A DNA stretch of 64,000 nucleotides from a virus. The notes beneath the pieces were generated by a model. That model made no database searches, was not told where the DNA came from, and saw only the letters and a program-made list of their open reading frames with translations. Below are positions 1-8,891 of this stretch, piece after piece; positions within the stretch are counted from its first letter, which is position 1, and every line of letters starts with the position of its first letter. The DNA lies in the IMG/VR virus record IMGVR_UViG_3300029258_002996; one strand, given 5' to 3'. The position numbers and the translations under genes were made by a program.

Positions 1-1056
1 CGCATCCAGAGTATCGCCTGCCCAGTACGCAGCGACGGCGTTCCCCGCCATGCCCTCGTCGTAACCCTTCTGCATGAGGTAGTAGGTCACGTCATCCTTG
101 GTTGTGCTTTCCTCGTCAGAAGGGGTGTAAGACCAGAACTGAGCCCGGAGGCGACGGCGGACGAGCTTCGGATCCAAGTTTGCGTGGCGCTCAACAGTGA
201 AAGAGACGATGGGCTCCAACGGTGTGGAGAGATCGACACCCTCCATCAGGCTCGCCAGATCCGCAGCCATGTTCGGAGCCGCGTCCATCCCGGTCGGCTC
301 GACCACGTTCTGCTGGAGGCACGTCAGAGTCAGCTCGTGCATCTGGGTTTCGAGCCTCTCGCGCTTCATCCAGCTATCATCTGAGTTCATTTGGGCTTCG
401 TCGATGGCATCTTCGAGATCGAGCAGCTCACGAATCTTGGCAATCGCTTGAGGTTCGAGCGGATCCCCGACGAATCGAGCAAGGTAGTCCTCGATGTCGC
501 ACCAACCCCAAAACGCTTTCTTCTTTTTGGCTGAGATCACGATGACCGCAGCGGCTTCGGAGGAGGTGGCTTTCATCCGCTCCAGATTGAGCATGTCGAG
601 GTCGTACATGATCTTGTCTTTTTGGCGGTACAGATCGTTGATCGGTTGGTTCTCAGTCTCCTGCATCCCCAACTCGAAGTAGGTCTGGAGCATCGCAGCG
701 GCTTCCTCTTCGAACTGAGTGCCTTTGAACGACATGAACCAGTCCTCCCACTGCATCGAATCGAAATAACCTTTTTTCCGCATCGCCTGTACCTCCGCAG
801 CAGCTCCTTGACCTAAAGTGCCTTTTTCGGACTCGTAAAGATCCACGGCTGCGTTACTCACGTAGTTCAAAAGAGCGTCGGAGCCGTCAAGCTCTTCATT
901 CTCCCCTTGTAAATTATCAAGATCAACGGGAACATCCGTCTCCCATCCTAAGCTTCCGTGCTCGGACACATTGACGTGATAAGAATCCGGGACATCGGAC
1001 GGTGAAACCGTCACGTCGTAACCCCGGATAAGCGTGGTGTAAGTGTCCTGTCCCAT
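1..1056 (-). CDS. Acidic putative head/internal protein, runs off the left edge (3'-truncated)
   Basis: ATG at 1056 just after the TAG of the upstream gene; frame reads open (MGQDTYTTLIRGY...) to position 1; contains SAKKKKAF and RRRLRAQ linker-like motifs; missing from the ORF track because there is no stop in the window. Confidence 0.75.
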   Translation of the reverse strand, partial: MGQDTYTTLIRGYDVTVSPSDVPDSYHVNVSEHGSLGWETDVPVDLDNLQGENEELDGSDALLNYVSNAAVDLYESEKGTLGQGAAAEVQAMRKKGYFDSMQWEDWFMSFKGTQFEEEAAAMLQTYFELGMQETENQPINDLYRQKDKIMYDLDMLNLERMKATSSEAAAVIVISAKKKKAFWGWCDIEDYLARFVGDPLEPQAIAKIRELLDLEDAIDEAQMNSDDSWMKRERLETQMHELTLTCLQQNVVEPTGMDAAPNMAADLASLMEGVDLSTPLEPIVSFTVERHANLDPKLVRRRLRAQFWSYTPSDEESTTKDDVTYYLMQKGYDEGMAGNAVAAYWAGDTLDA

Positions 1057-1058
1057 CT

Positions 1059-3929
1059 CTACCAGTTCTGCGCTATCGCGAGAAGAACGTCCTCGATGAG
1101 CGCCTTTGACCCCTTTGCGATGAAGTGAGGAAGCTCTTTCAACAGCTCGTCCGCGCTCCACTCCCGGAAATGGTACTCCTCGCCGTTGCTGAGCTTGATG
1201 TCGATTGAAGGGAGACTCGGATCGTAATTCACTTCACCGCCAGCAGCACGCTCGGATTCCGCACGCTCGATGTACTGCTGGACCATTTCGTCTTCCGATA
1301 CCTGAGCCCCCCGTCGATCAAAAGGGCGCTTATCCCCCTTCTTCGAGGCGCTCTTTTCTTCATAAATAAACTGCTCCCAAACACCTTGATTGCCTCGAAG
1401 AGACTCCAAAGCATCTTCGAAGATTTCCTGCTGCTCCTCCTCATCTTCAGGGCGTGGCACCTCATCGTAAGGATGCGAGTTCGCTATGGCGGACTTGAGG
1501 TGTACGTAAGTCACCGGTTCCGTATCCGCAGCACCTTCCATAATGTAGTCGTACAGTTGTTCCCGAAGCTCGTCGTCCTCGTAGACAAAATCCTCGAAAA
1601 CAGGGACAGTATCGATCAGATGCAGTTCGGCAGACGGAGTTAACTCTGCGACGTGAACGCCGAGATTTGCATCGAACAGGTAACCGCTGTAGACCTTCTT
1701 GATGCCTTTAGGAAGAGAAGTCCAGTATTCCGTATCGTCCATCAGGTAGATACGAAGATCCATCATCTTCTGCTCTTCTTGAGCCTTCTTCTTCGAGGCG
1801 CTTTCCACTTCCCATCCTTCTTCCGCTTCCCCTACCGCGCCTCCGCTAACCAAAGTCTCCCTACCAAAGGATTCGAAAATACTTTCGTTCCCGCAAGCAT
1901 TTCTTTGAGCCTCTTCAAGTGAGTCATATTCCGCCGCTTGACCTCGATCATTAGTATAAGAACTTAAAGAACCGGGACGAGACACATACATGCCGTCTTC
2001 ATTTCTTTTAAGCACGTACTTACCTACTTTCTTCGAGGCGATCCTCTCCGTCCCCGGGCGCATCCGTCCTCGGTTGCTGCCGTAAGGATTGATGATGAAC
2101 CCATCGTTTGTCAGGTGGACCATCCAGTGATGCGACGAGCAAGTGGAGAGCCTCTTCAGGATGTAGTTTTTCTCGACGTGCGCGTAGGAACGCGGGAACG
2201 TGTCGAGACCTTCCTCCTCGGCCTGGACCATGTCCCCGAGAACCAGATCATAACCGGGCGGAGTGAACTTCTGAAGCTCGGGTTCACGCTTCGAAGTGGG
2301 GTCGAAGGGATCGAACTGCTGAGCTTTTTTATCCATTTTATCACCTGCTTTTCTAACGCCAGTTACGTACTCAGCGATGATTCTCGCCGCGAGCTTACGA
2401 CCCGTTGCCGTCTGCATTCCGGACTGACCCACGTAGGTCACGAGATCCTGAGTCAACTGATGCCAGTCGATTTCCTGGTCCGGGTAGATTTGCATCGAAA
2501 GAGGTCGCACGGCATCATAGACCATCGAGACCTGCTCCTCGAAGGTCGGAGGAGCAAGAGAAGCTTCGATGTAACTCAACATCTCAGGTTGCTGGACTAC
2601 CTGGTTGTACATATCCGCAGTGGGAGTGGCGGCTCCGTACTGAGGTTGGGTTTGTTCTGTCGGTGCATAGATGTCCGTCTGCTGCACCATCGTGGGATCC
2701 GTAGCTACGTCAGGACGACCGCCCTGCTCGGGAGAGAGGACGCGAGTTTCTTGAGCTTCCCTCTTAGCCCACATCTTCTTGAAGGTCCTCGGAAGCGGCT
2801 CGATATCATCTACCGTCACCCGGTATTCCATTCCCTTGGCATTGACAATCATCGTGTTCGCGTCCGGGTCCAACTCGACAATCTTTCCTCGGATGGAACC
2901 ATCGAGACCGTTGAACTTCACCGAGTCTCCCGCTTCAATGGGAGTTTTGGTGTTCGGGTACATGAGGTGTGTCGGCGTAACCTCGGGACTCTCCTCGTCC
3001 GAAGGGGGCTCCGAAATGTCGGTGTTGATCTGAGCAGACCTCTGAACTCCCTTTCCCTTCTCAACCACCTCGACAATCGATTCCTCGAACCCGGAGGTCT
3101 CCATGCCCGTCGCGGGATCGATCCCCGAAAAACCGGGCTTGCCGCCCCACAGCTCGGGGTGACGTTCGGTGACGATGGCGGTCGTGAACTCGCCCGGGCT
3201 CACCTCGTACTGAACGAGATCCCCGATCTCGTAAGGAACACCACCAGGCTCCTGCCCCATCATGGGAAAGAGTTGCTCCTCTTTTCTCCGGTAGGTCCTC
3301 CGGTTGTAGTTTTCGTCCATCGGAACGCGCCGAGGTTGATAACCCATTTCGTTTCGTCGCTCTACCGCGATGTCGAGTTCCTCCCCTTGGTTCGGGGCTT
3401 GGTATTGCCTCCGAAGGGGATCCAGAAAGTACGAGCTATTGCGACGGATGATCTCGTCGATAGCCCCTTGTCCGAGAACGTACAGTCGATCCTCGAACAT
3501 CATCGTCGAGGGGGGAACCACTGCTCCGGATACTACGGGCACAAAAATCGTCGCATTCCTAACAGCACCTGAAGTCGTCGCAAAGCGGAGATTGAAGAGC
3601 AGCTCACCAGAGACGAGCTGGGATTCGTCGTGCCTGGCGTACTTGAGCTTGCGGGCTTGGCGGAACTCGACCCTCGGCACCAACGGCCAGTCGAGGACGT
3701 TCACCACTTCCTGCGTGGCAATCGCAGCTTCCTGAATGTAGGCGTTCAGATCCCGCACTCCAGACTTCATACCGACCTGCTTGACCTTGGAAAAGATGTC
3801 ATCGAGATCGACTTTCTCCGAAGTCTTCGTCATCTTCTGCCGCATTGCGGCCATGCGCCTGTCGTAATCGTCGAACAGAGGATGTTCGGCAACGTGCTTT
3901 TTTTTCTTCAGTTCCTCAAAAGTCGGCAT
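1059..3929 (-). CDS. 956-aa modular acidic protein, putative virion head polyprotein (two SH3/KOW-like modules plus acidic modules)
   Basis: Long ORF with a GAGG RBS; modules separated by RSAQ, KREAQ, KKAQ, KKKAQ, RRGAQ; YEIGDLVQY and IEAGDSVKF starts resemble KOW/SH3 barrels. Confidence 0.7.
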   Translation of the reverse strand: MPTFEELKKKKHVAEHPLFDDYDRRMAAMRQKMTKTSEKVDLDDIFSKVKQVGMKSGVRDLNAYIQEAAIATQEVVNVLDWPLVPRVEFRQARKLKYARHDESQLVSGELLFNLRFATTSGAVRNATIFVPVVSGAVVPPSTMMFEDRLYVLGQGAIDEIIRRNSSYFLDPLRRQYQAPNQGEELDIAVERRNEMGYQPRRVPMDENYNRRTYRRKEEQLFPMMGQEPGGVPYEIGDLVQYEVSPGEFTTAIVTERHPELWGGKPGFSGIDPATGMETSGFEESIVEVVEKGKGVQRSAQINTDISEPPSDEESPEVTPTHLMYPNTKTPIEAGDSVKFNGLDGSIRGKIVELDPDANTMIVNAKGMEYRVTVDDIEPLPRTFKKMWAKREAQETRVLSPEQGGRPDVATDPTMVQQTDIYAPTEQTQPQYGAATPTADMYNQVVQQPEMLSYIEASLAPPTFEEQVSMVYDAVRPLSMQIYPDQEIDWHQLTQDLVTYVGQSGMQTATGRKLAARIIAEYVTGVRKAGDKMDKKAQQFDPFDPTSKREPELQKFTPPGYDLVLGDMVQAEEEGLDTFPRSYAHVEKNYILKRLSTCSSHHWMVHLTNDGFIINPYGSNRGRMRPGTERIASKKVGKYVLKRNEDGMYVSRPGSLSSYTNDRGQAAEYDSLEEAQRNACGNESIFESFGRETLVSGGAVGEAEEGWEVESASKKKAQEEQKMMDLRIYLMDDTEYWTSLPKGIKKVYSGYLFDANLGVHVAELTPSAELHLIDTVPVFEDFVYEDDELREQLYDYIMEGAADTEPVTYVHLKSAIANSHPYDEVPRPEDEEEQQEIFEDALESLRGNQGVWEQFIYEEKSASKKGDKRPFDRRGAQVSEDEMVQQYIERAESERAAGGEVNYDPSLPSIDIKLSNGEEYHFREWSADELLKELPHFIAKGSKALIEDVLLAIAQNW
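1338..2040. repeat. Three in-frame copies of TTCTTCGAGGCG (minus strand encodes ASKK) at 1339-1350, 1789-1800, 2029-2040
   Basis: Identical 12-mer (15 bp identical for the first two), spacings 450 and 240 nt. Confidence 0.85.
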
Positions 3930-3932
3930 CGA

Positions 3933-4283
3933 TTACCTCGGACTTTGTCTAGGTATGGGTTGAGTCATCGGAGAAGGAGCCGGATTTCTAATCTTACGTC
4001 TCCGATCTTTGTCGTTCTGTCTTTGTTGGTCCCGAGTCGTTTGTACCGGCTCCGAGCCAAACGGATTGTCCACTCCGATAATCAAGCTGGATTTTACTCT
4101 TATGTTTGCATAACCGCCCGATTTCTTGGGATTCCAAAACGGAATCTCGTCATTCCCGGATCGAATATCGGCCCACAGCTCGTCGATTGTCTTATGCTCG
4201 CACAACACCGAAAACGTAGCTCCGGAACAAAACAAACGATACGGGTACAGAACCTCGGGAATTTGAACCAAGCTCGACATCAA
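3933..4283 (-). CDS. Hypothetical protein
   Basis: 116-aa ORF fitting between flanking genes, with a 4-nt overlap to the upstream gene. Confidence 0.7.
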   Translation of the reverse strand: MMSSLVQIPEVLYPYRLFCSGATFSVLCEHKTIDELWADIRSGNDEIPFWNPKKSGGYANIRVKSSLIIGVDNPFGSEPVQTTRDQQRQNDKDRRRKIRNPAPSPMTQPIPRQSPR

Positions 4284-4852
4284 AGCTCATCCTCGATCAA
4301 TGCGCGAACGATGTTGTCGGACCTTCGTTCATGCTCTAAATTTCGGTCGTCGATTTCGGAAAAAGCGAAAATGGCGATTTTGTCTCCGGGGCTCACTTCA
4401 TTCAGATCGCAAAATCCGCCATTGACTTCGATCACTCCATCGCAATTTCGGCAGCCCCACCTCTCCTTCGAGTTGACCTGAGTATTTCTCTGGACTTTGG
4501 AAACAACGCTATCTTTCAGGAACAACAGGTCTAGGGGGAACTTCACGGATCCTTGATGGAACACGACATCGTGATATCCCGGATAGGGGAAGTACAGACC
4601 GCAATCCTCCGGCAGACAATCGTAGTTTTGCAAGCCGACTCTCTTCTTTTCGAGGGTATCGGCGACATCGCAATGAACTTTGATCGATTTGTCCAGCCAC
4701 ATCGCGGTGACGTGGGTTACCGGAACAGGTTTGAGATCATCCGTCAGTCGCACAACTCCGGCTTCGAACATGTGGACATGCGGCGGCCCGTCCCAGTTGA
4801 TCAGGAGGCCGTAGTCCTCTTCGAACTGCCGTGCGTGCAACTTGACCAGCAT
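4280..4852 (-). CDS. DUF192-family protein
   Basis: Motifs VADTLEKKRVGL, LPEDCGLYF, FPLDLLFL, VIEVNGG..GDKI typical of DUF192. Confidence 0.8.
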   Translation of the reverse strand: MLVKLHARQFEEDYGLLINWDGPPHVHMFEAGVVRLTDDLKPVPVTHVTAMWLDKSIKVHCDVADTLEKKRVGLQNYDCLPEDCGLYFPYPGYHDVVFHQGSVKFPLDLLFLKDSVVSKVQRNTQVNSKERWGCRNCDGVIEVNGGFCDLNEVSPGDKIAIFAFSEIDDRNLEHERRSDNIVRALIEDEL

Positions 4853-5256
4853 TACTTCTTCCGAGTCTTCCTCGTTTTCTTGGACTTCTTCTCTTTTGGA
4901 GGCTCGGGTTCCTCTTTCGGCGCAGGCTCCGTCTCCGGCTCGGGTTCCGGAGAGGCTGCTTTCTTCTCGGCCTTCTTCGGCTTCTCCTCGGAATCCTTCT
5001 TCTCAAAGAGCTTAGGCACCCTCGAATGGAGCATATGCAGCAGCTCAGGCTGCTCCTTCAGGTCCGCCACGCTCATTCCCGTAAGCTCAACCAGATCCAC
5101 CGAGGACTGCTTCGTCACCACCACCGGAATCGCAGAGGAACGTAGCAATCTGCGTTTCTTGTGCCGAGACATTTCGTCGGGAAGGTCCACTTTCGGATAG
5201 AGCGTGAAGCTCACCGAACCTTGACCCGGGTTGAAAACTACGAATTTTTCAGTCAT
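4852..5256 (-). CDS. Hypothetical protein with K/E/P-rich low-complexity tail
   Basis: 134-aa ORF, AAGGAG RBS. Confidence 0.75.
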   Translation of the reverse strand: MTEKFVVFNPGQGSVSFTLYPKVDLPDEMSRHKKRRLLRSSAIPVVVTKQSSVDLVELTGMSVADLKEQPELLHMLHSRVPKLFEKKDSEEKPKKAEKKAASPEPEPETEPAPKEEPEPPKEKKSKKTRKTRKK

Positions 5257-5268
5257 GAATCTCTCCTT

Positions 5269-8200
5269 TTATTCAAAAAGGGCCGACATCGATTTGTTCT
5301 GCGGAAGACCGAACAGCTTGCGGGCGTCCGACAGATTGAGCCCCAGCTCCAGGAGCAGACGACGGGATAGCTCGGCCACCTTCTGCGTGGTTACTTGCTC
5401 CGGGCTCGTAGCGTTCACCGGCATCGACTGAACTTCTGCCAGAATCTGAAACGCCTGCTGCTCGGCGGGCATCTCCTTCGGCATCCCCTCCCCGAACTCA
5501 GGCATCGGGGCCGCAGGTTGGGTTAGCGCGGGAGTCTCTGGAGCTGCGGGAGCTGCCGGGGCCATCTGCGCCCGGCGCTTGTCGATCTTTTTCTGGATCA
5601 GGAGCGCCATCCGCTTGGCGACCGGGGGCGACACCGCAGGTCCCGTAGGCGCGGCAGGAGCCGGTACCCCAGGCCCCGGAGCCGATGGGCCGGGCGTGGC
5701 TGGAGCAGGCCCCGGAGCCTTCGGGGCACCTGGCATCTGTTTCTCGGGACCTTTCTTCTTGGTCCCGGGCTTGTTGAGCTTGATTTCGAGGACCTTCTTC
5801 TTGTCCTCGTCATCCATCAGCGAGATGTCCTCGGGAGTCCACCCGAGAGCCTGGAGACCCTCGTCTCCCGTTCCCGGAGACATTCCGGGGGCCTTGGGGG
5901 CTCCTGTAGCGCCGGGAGCCTTCGGAGCACCAGGAGCGGCTGGAGGAGCCGCAGGAGCAGGTCCGGGAGCCGGAGCGGTAGGCGCCGGTGCGGGAGCAGC
6001 CGGTTGGGCCATCGGAGCGGCGGCTTGGGCCTCGCGCTTGGCGCGGATCCATGCCTCGCGGCGCTTCTTGCGACCGGCTTTTCCCTTCAGTCCCTTTGGA
6101 ATACCCATCGGGCCTTTGCCTTTCCCCCGCATCTTCCCTTCACCTTTGCCCTTGGGAAGCTTCTTCTCCGGCTTCGGCTTGGTGACATCCCCATCCTCGG
6201 TGAGCTGCTTCCCGTACTCGCCCGCGTAGCCCTGCCAGTACTCCTTGGCGGATTCGTCGACCGCTTCCATCTCGCCGCCAGCAGAATTGCCATACCTACC
6301 TACTTTATTGTTTTCACGAACTTCCCATTCATCCTCCGGACCAAAGTCACTTGGAGGATCGTAGTCGGAACCTTCCTCGTCCAGAATACGACGCAATCTT
6401 TCAGGAGAAACAATCTGAACCATGCGACCGAGATCTTTATCGTATCTATGAGTAATCTCTGATGCTTCCATCTCGCCGCCAGCGGACTCTTCCTTCTTGG
6501 AGCTTGGGCACCCGGCTGCGGCTTGGCGAGATTCCTTATCCCAGCCTTGTCGCTTAACGTACTCTTCGTACTCCTCACGGTACTCCTCGTATTCTTCGAG
6601 AAGTTCGTCAGCTCCATCTGTCATGTACATTTCGAAAAGGTAGTCCAACGCATCCTCTTCTGTATCGAAAACAGACAAATCAGTTCGATCCATATAGCCA
6701 GGAGCGGACATGTAAGCGCCGTAACCTTGACGAAGCTCGATATCGTGAATCTCGCTATTCTCCAGATAGTCTCGAAGGGAAGTCCCCTCGACGCTCGCCC
6801 TCCCATCTTTCTCGATCTCCCGTTTCAACTCTTCGATCTCTTCTCCATCGACATACTCAGCCGAAACAGATTCACCACCCATCGGACCATCTACCTCAAC
6901 CCACTCACCATGTTCAACGAAAGGCTCCATGAACGCGGCCTGCTTCCGAGCCTGAACGGCAGGAGCTTGCTCCATCGGAGCCTGACCTTCTACCTCACCC
7001 GAGCCGGTCGGTTCGCTCCCTTCCTCGGGTTGAGCTGGGCGAAAAGGGCTCCAGTCCACCTCCTCCCCGCCAAACGCCATCGTCAGGGCGTGAAGCTCCT
7101 CGGCGGACTCGGCCTCAATGTCGCGACCGTAGCCGCCCTCGGGAGACCACTTCTCGCGAAGCTTGGGGCCAGCGACCTTCCAGTTGATCGCGCCAGGCTT
7201 CAAATCCCCGTTCCCGACGAGCATCCAAGCGAAGTCTTTAAGATCGTCGAGCTTGAACTCATCAACTTCCGCAACGAGCCGCGAAGCAATCTTAATGAAG
7301 TCGTCAGTGACATCCAGATCACCGCGCAAGATGGAAGCAATCAACTCGGACTTTTTCTTCTTGTCTTTGCCACCCGGAGTGTAGCCCTCGCCCTCCATCC
7401 AGTTGGCCAACGCCCATGGGTTGTCGATCTCGGGATCTCCCTTCATCTCCTTGACCGTCTTCTCCCACTTCTTCGGAACCTTGGCCTCGGTGTTGCCACC
7501 GGCTTCATCCATCGCACGGCGAGCGTGGCGCTGAGTCTTCTCGGTCGGCAGGAACACGTTGTTCGCAGCCCACTTGTCCGGATCCATGATGTCCCGGAGA
7601 AGCTGCTCGCTCGGACGTGCCCGTTTCATTTCCCGGTAGATATGGGAAGCATCGGGGGGTGAGTCGAAGGAGTCGACGATCTTGGAACCTTCCCGCTCTT
7701 CCCCTAAAAACTTGGAAATGAGCATCGGCTGAATGCCGGAAACGTCTTTGTAGTCAGTACGCATCAACTCAGCAGCGTGCTGCATCGTCTTGGTATACAA
7801 AGGTTCTATACCAGGGATCAGTAAGATGTAGTTGTAACCTTTTTCCTGCATCCCACGAGCGACCTCCTCTTCGTCCATCGCCCTGCGACGACCTTCCTTC
7901 TCATCTCGCAGATCCTTGCCCTCACCCTTCTCCTGGTCGATGACCTTCGACGGATCCGAGGGAGTCTCGCCCTTGTTCAGGTTCTTGCCAGGCTCCTCCT
8001 GGACCTTGACCTTGAAGGGGTCTTTACCGCCGTCTTCGGCACGGCGACGAGAACCCTTACCCGGGTATGAACGAAGTCGATTCTCAAAGGACGTCCAATC
8101 TACCGGACCTTTTGGAGTATCCCAATCGGGATTCTCTCCAGGAGCGGCGATGAAATAATCAGACCACTCCGAGATTTTTCCGTTTTCGATTACGACATTA

Positions 8201-8850
8201 TCCAAATTTTCGGGAGCATTCTCGACTAGGTCCCCTAAAGTCCCTATGTAGTTGGATTCATCGTCGTATACTTCTAATTCCGACCAATGAATTCCCGATT
8301 CGGCTCGGCGACGAGCATCCTTTTCGTTCCGCATCCTTCGATCACCCCAGTTTGTATCCGCGCCACCGGTATCCTTCCCGAGACTCGTGTCCGGAAGACC
8401 GCCACGTCCTTCGTCCTGTCGAGGACGCTTGTTGATGGCCGGGTCGAAGTTTCGAGGATTTCGATCCGAAGTATCTGGACCGAGCCGTGGGTTCGAGGTC
8501 GAAGTACCCTTCGAATCCGTCCCCTTCGGAGTCTCGTTCACGGTCGGATTGTACTTTGGATATTCCTTGGTCGAGGTATCCTTTTCGAGAACTTCGGCAG
8601 GCGAAGGAAGGCTCTGAGAAGGTCCTTGCGTCTCGTTCACACCCGGGATGGGCATGTCGGCTTCCTTGCAGAACCGGCGCACCTCCTCATCGAGTCGGCC
8701 AATATGGGTGGCGAAGCCATCGCCCTCGGGTGGCCAGATCTCTACATCGTCGTTGTCGTTGATTCGCATCAACCAGCCGCCAGGATTCTCGACAGTCTGA
8801 CCGTCAAAGAGTGCGCTCTTTACCTGCCTCGGATTCAATTCCTTTGCCAT
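5269..8850 (-). CDS. ~1190-aa modular protein, putative head/scaffold-cargo polyprotein with Pro/Ala-rich C-terminal region
   Basis: Probable start ATG 8850 (GAGGA RBS, MAKELNP); linkers RRRAE x2, RRRAM, RRAM, RKQAA, KREAQ, KRRAQ. Confidence 0.72.
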   Translation of the reverse strand: MAKELNPRQVKSALFDGQTVENPGGWLMRINDNDDVEIWPPEGDGFATHIGRLDEEVRRFCKEADMPIPGVNETQGPSQSLPSPAEVLEKDTSTKEYPKYNPTVNETPKGTDSKGTSTSNPRLGPDTSDRNPRNFDPAINKRPRQDEGRGGLPDTSLGKDTGGADTNWGDRRMRNEKDARRRAESGIHWSELEVYDDESNYIGTLGDLVENAPENLDNVVIENGKISEWSDYFIAAPGENPDWDTPKGPVDWTSFENRLRSYPGKGSRRRAEDGGKDPFKVKVQEEPGKNLNKGETPSDPSKVIDQEKGEGKDLRDEKEGRRRAMDEEEVARGMQEKGYNYILLIPGIEPLYTKTMQHAAELMRTDYKDVSGIQPMLISKFLGEEREGSKIVDSFDSPPDASHIYREMKRARPSEQLLRDIMDPDKWAANNVFLPTEKTQRHARRAMDEAGGNTEAKVPKKWEKTVKEMKGDPEIDNPWALANWMEGEGYTPGGKDKKKKSELIASILRGDLDVTDDFIKIASRLVAEVDEFKLDDLKDFAWMLVGNGDLKPGAINWKVAGPKLREKWSPEGGYGRDIEAESAEELHALTMAFGGEEVDWSPFRPAQPEEGSEPTGSGEVEGQAPMEQAPAVQARKQAAFMEPFVEHGEWVEVDGPMGGESVSAEYVDGEEIEELKREIEKDGRASVEGTSLRDYLENSEIHDIELRQGYGAYMSAPGYMDRTDLSVFDTEEDALDYLFEMYMTDGADELLEEYEEYREEYEEYVKRQGWDKESRQAAAGCPSSKKEESAGGEMEASEITHRYDKDLGRMVQIVSPERLRRILDEEGSDYDPPSDFGPEDEWEVRENNKVGRYGNSAGGEMEAVDESAKEYWQGYAGEYGKQLTEDGDVTKPKPEKKLPKGKGEGKMRGKGKGPMGIPKGLKGKAGRKKRREAWIRAKREAQAAAPMAQPAAPAPAPTAPAPGPAPAAPPAAPGAPKAPGATGAPKAPGMSPGTGDEGLQALGWTPEDISLMDDEDKKKVLEIKLNKPGTKKKGPEKQMPGAPKAPGPAPATPGPSAPGPGVPAPAAPTGPAVSPPVAKRMALLIQKKIDKRRAQMAPAAPAAPETPALTQPAAPMPEFGEGMPKEMPAEQQAFQILAEVQSMPVNATSPEQVTTQKVAELSRRLLLELGLNLSDARKLFGLPQNKSMSALFE
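6263..6483. repeat. 20-bp perfect direct repeat GCTTCCATCTCGCCGCCAGC (6263-6282 and 6464-6483), 201 nt apart, encoding AGGEMEA
   Basis: Directly visible; in frame; flanks a ~59-aa module. Confidence 0.9.
8035..8314. repeat. 16-bp near-perfect direct repeat TTCGGC(A/T)CGGCGACGA (8035-8050, 8299-8314) encoding RRRAE
   Basis: 15/16 identity, 264 nt apart, in frame. Confidence 0.75.
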
Positions 8851-8891
8851 TTTATTCCTCGACCTTCCTTTGTGAAAAAGGTTTTTAGTTT

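Noticed and set aside
3900-3929. MPTFEELKK resembling the T4 capsid-targeting sequence
   Set aside because: Similarity is too short and is not repeated at the N-termini of the other cluster proteins
5500-6030. Pro/Ala/Gly-rich GC-rich repeats as a DNA repeat element
   Set aside because: Explained by low-complexity protein coding (PGAPKAPG units) with synonymous variation
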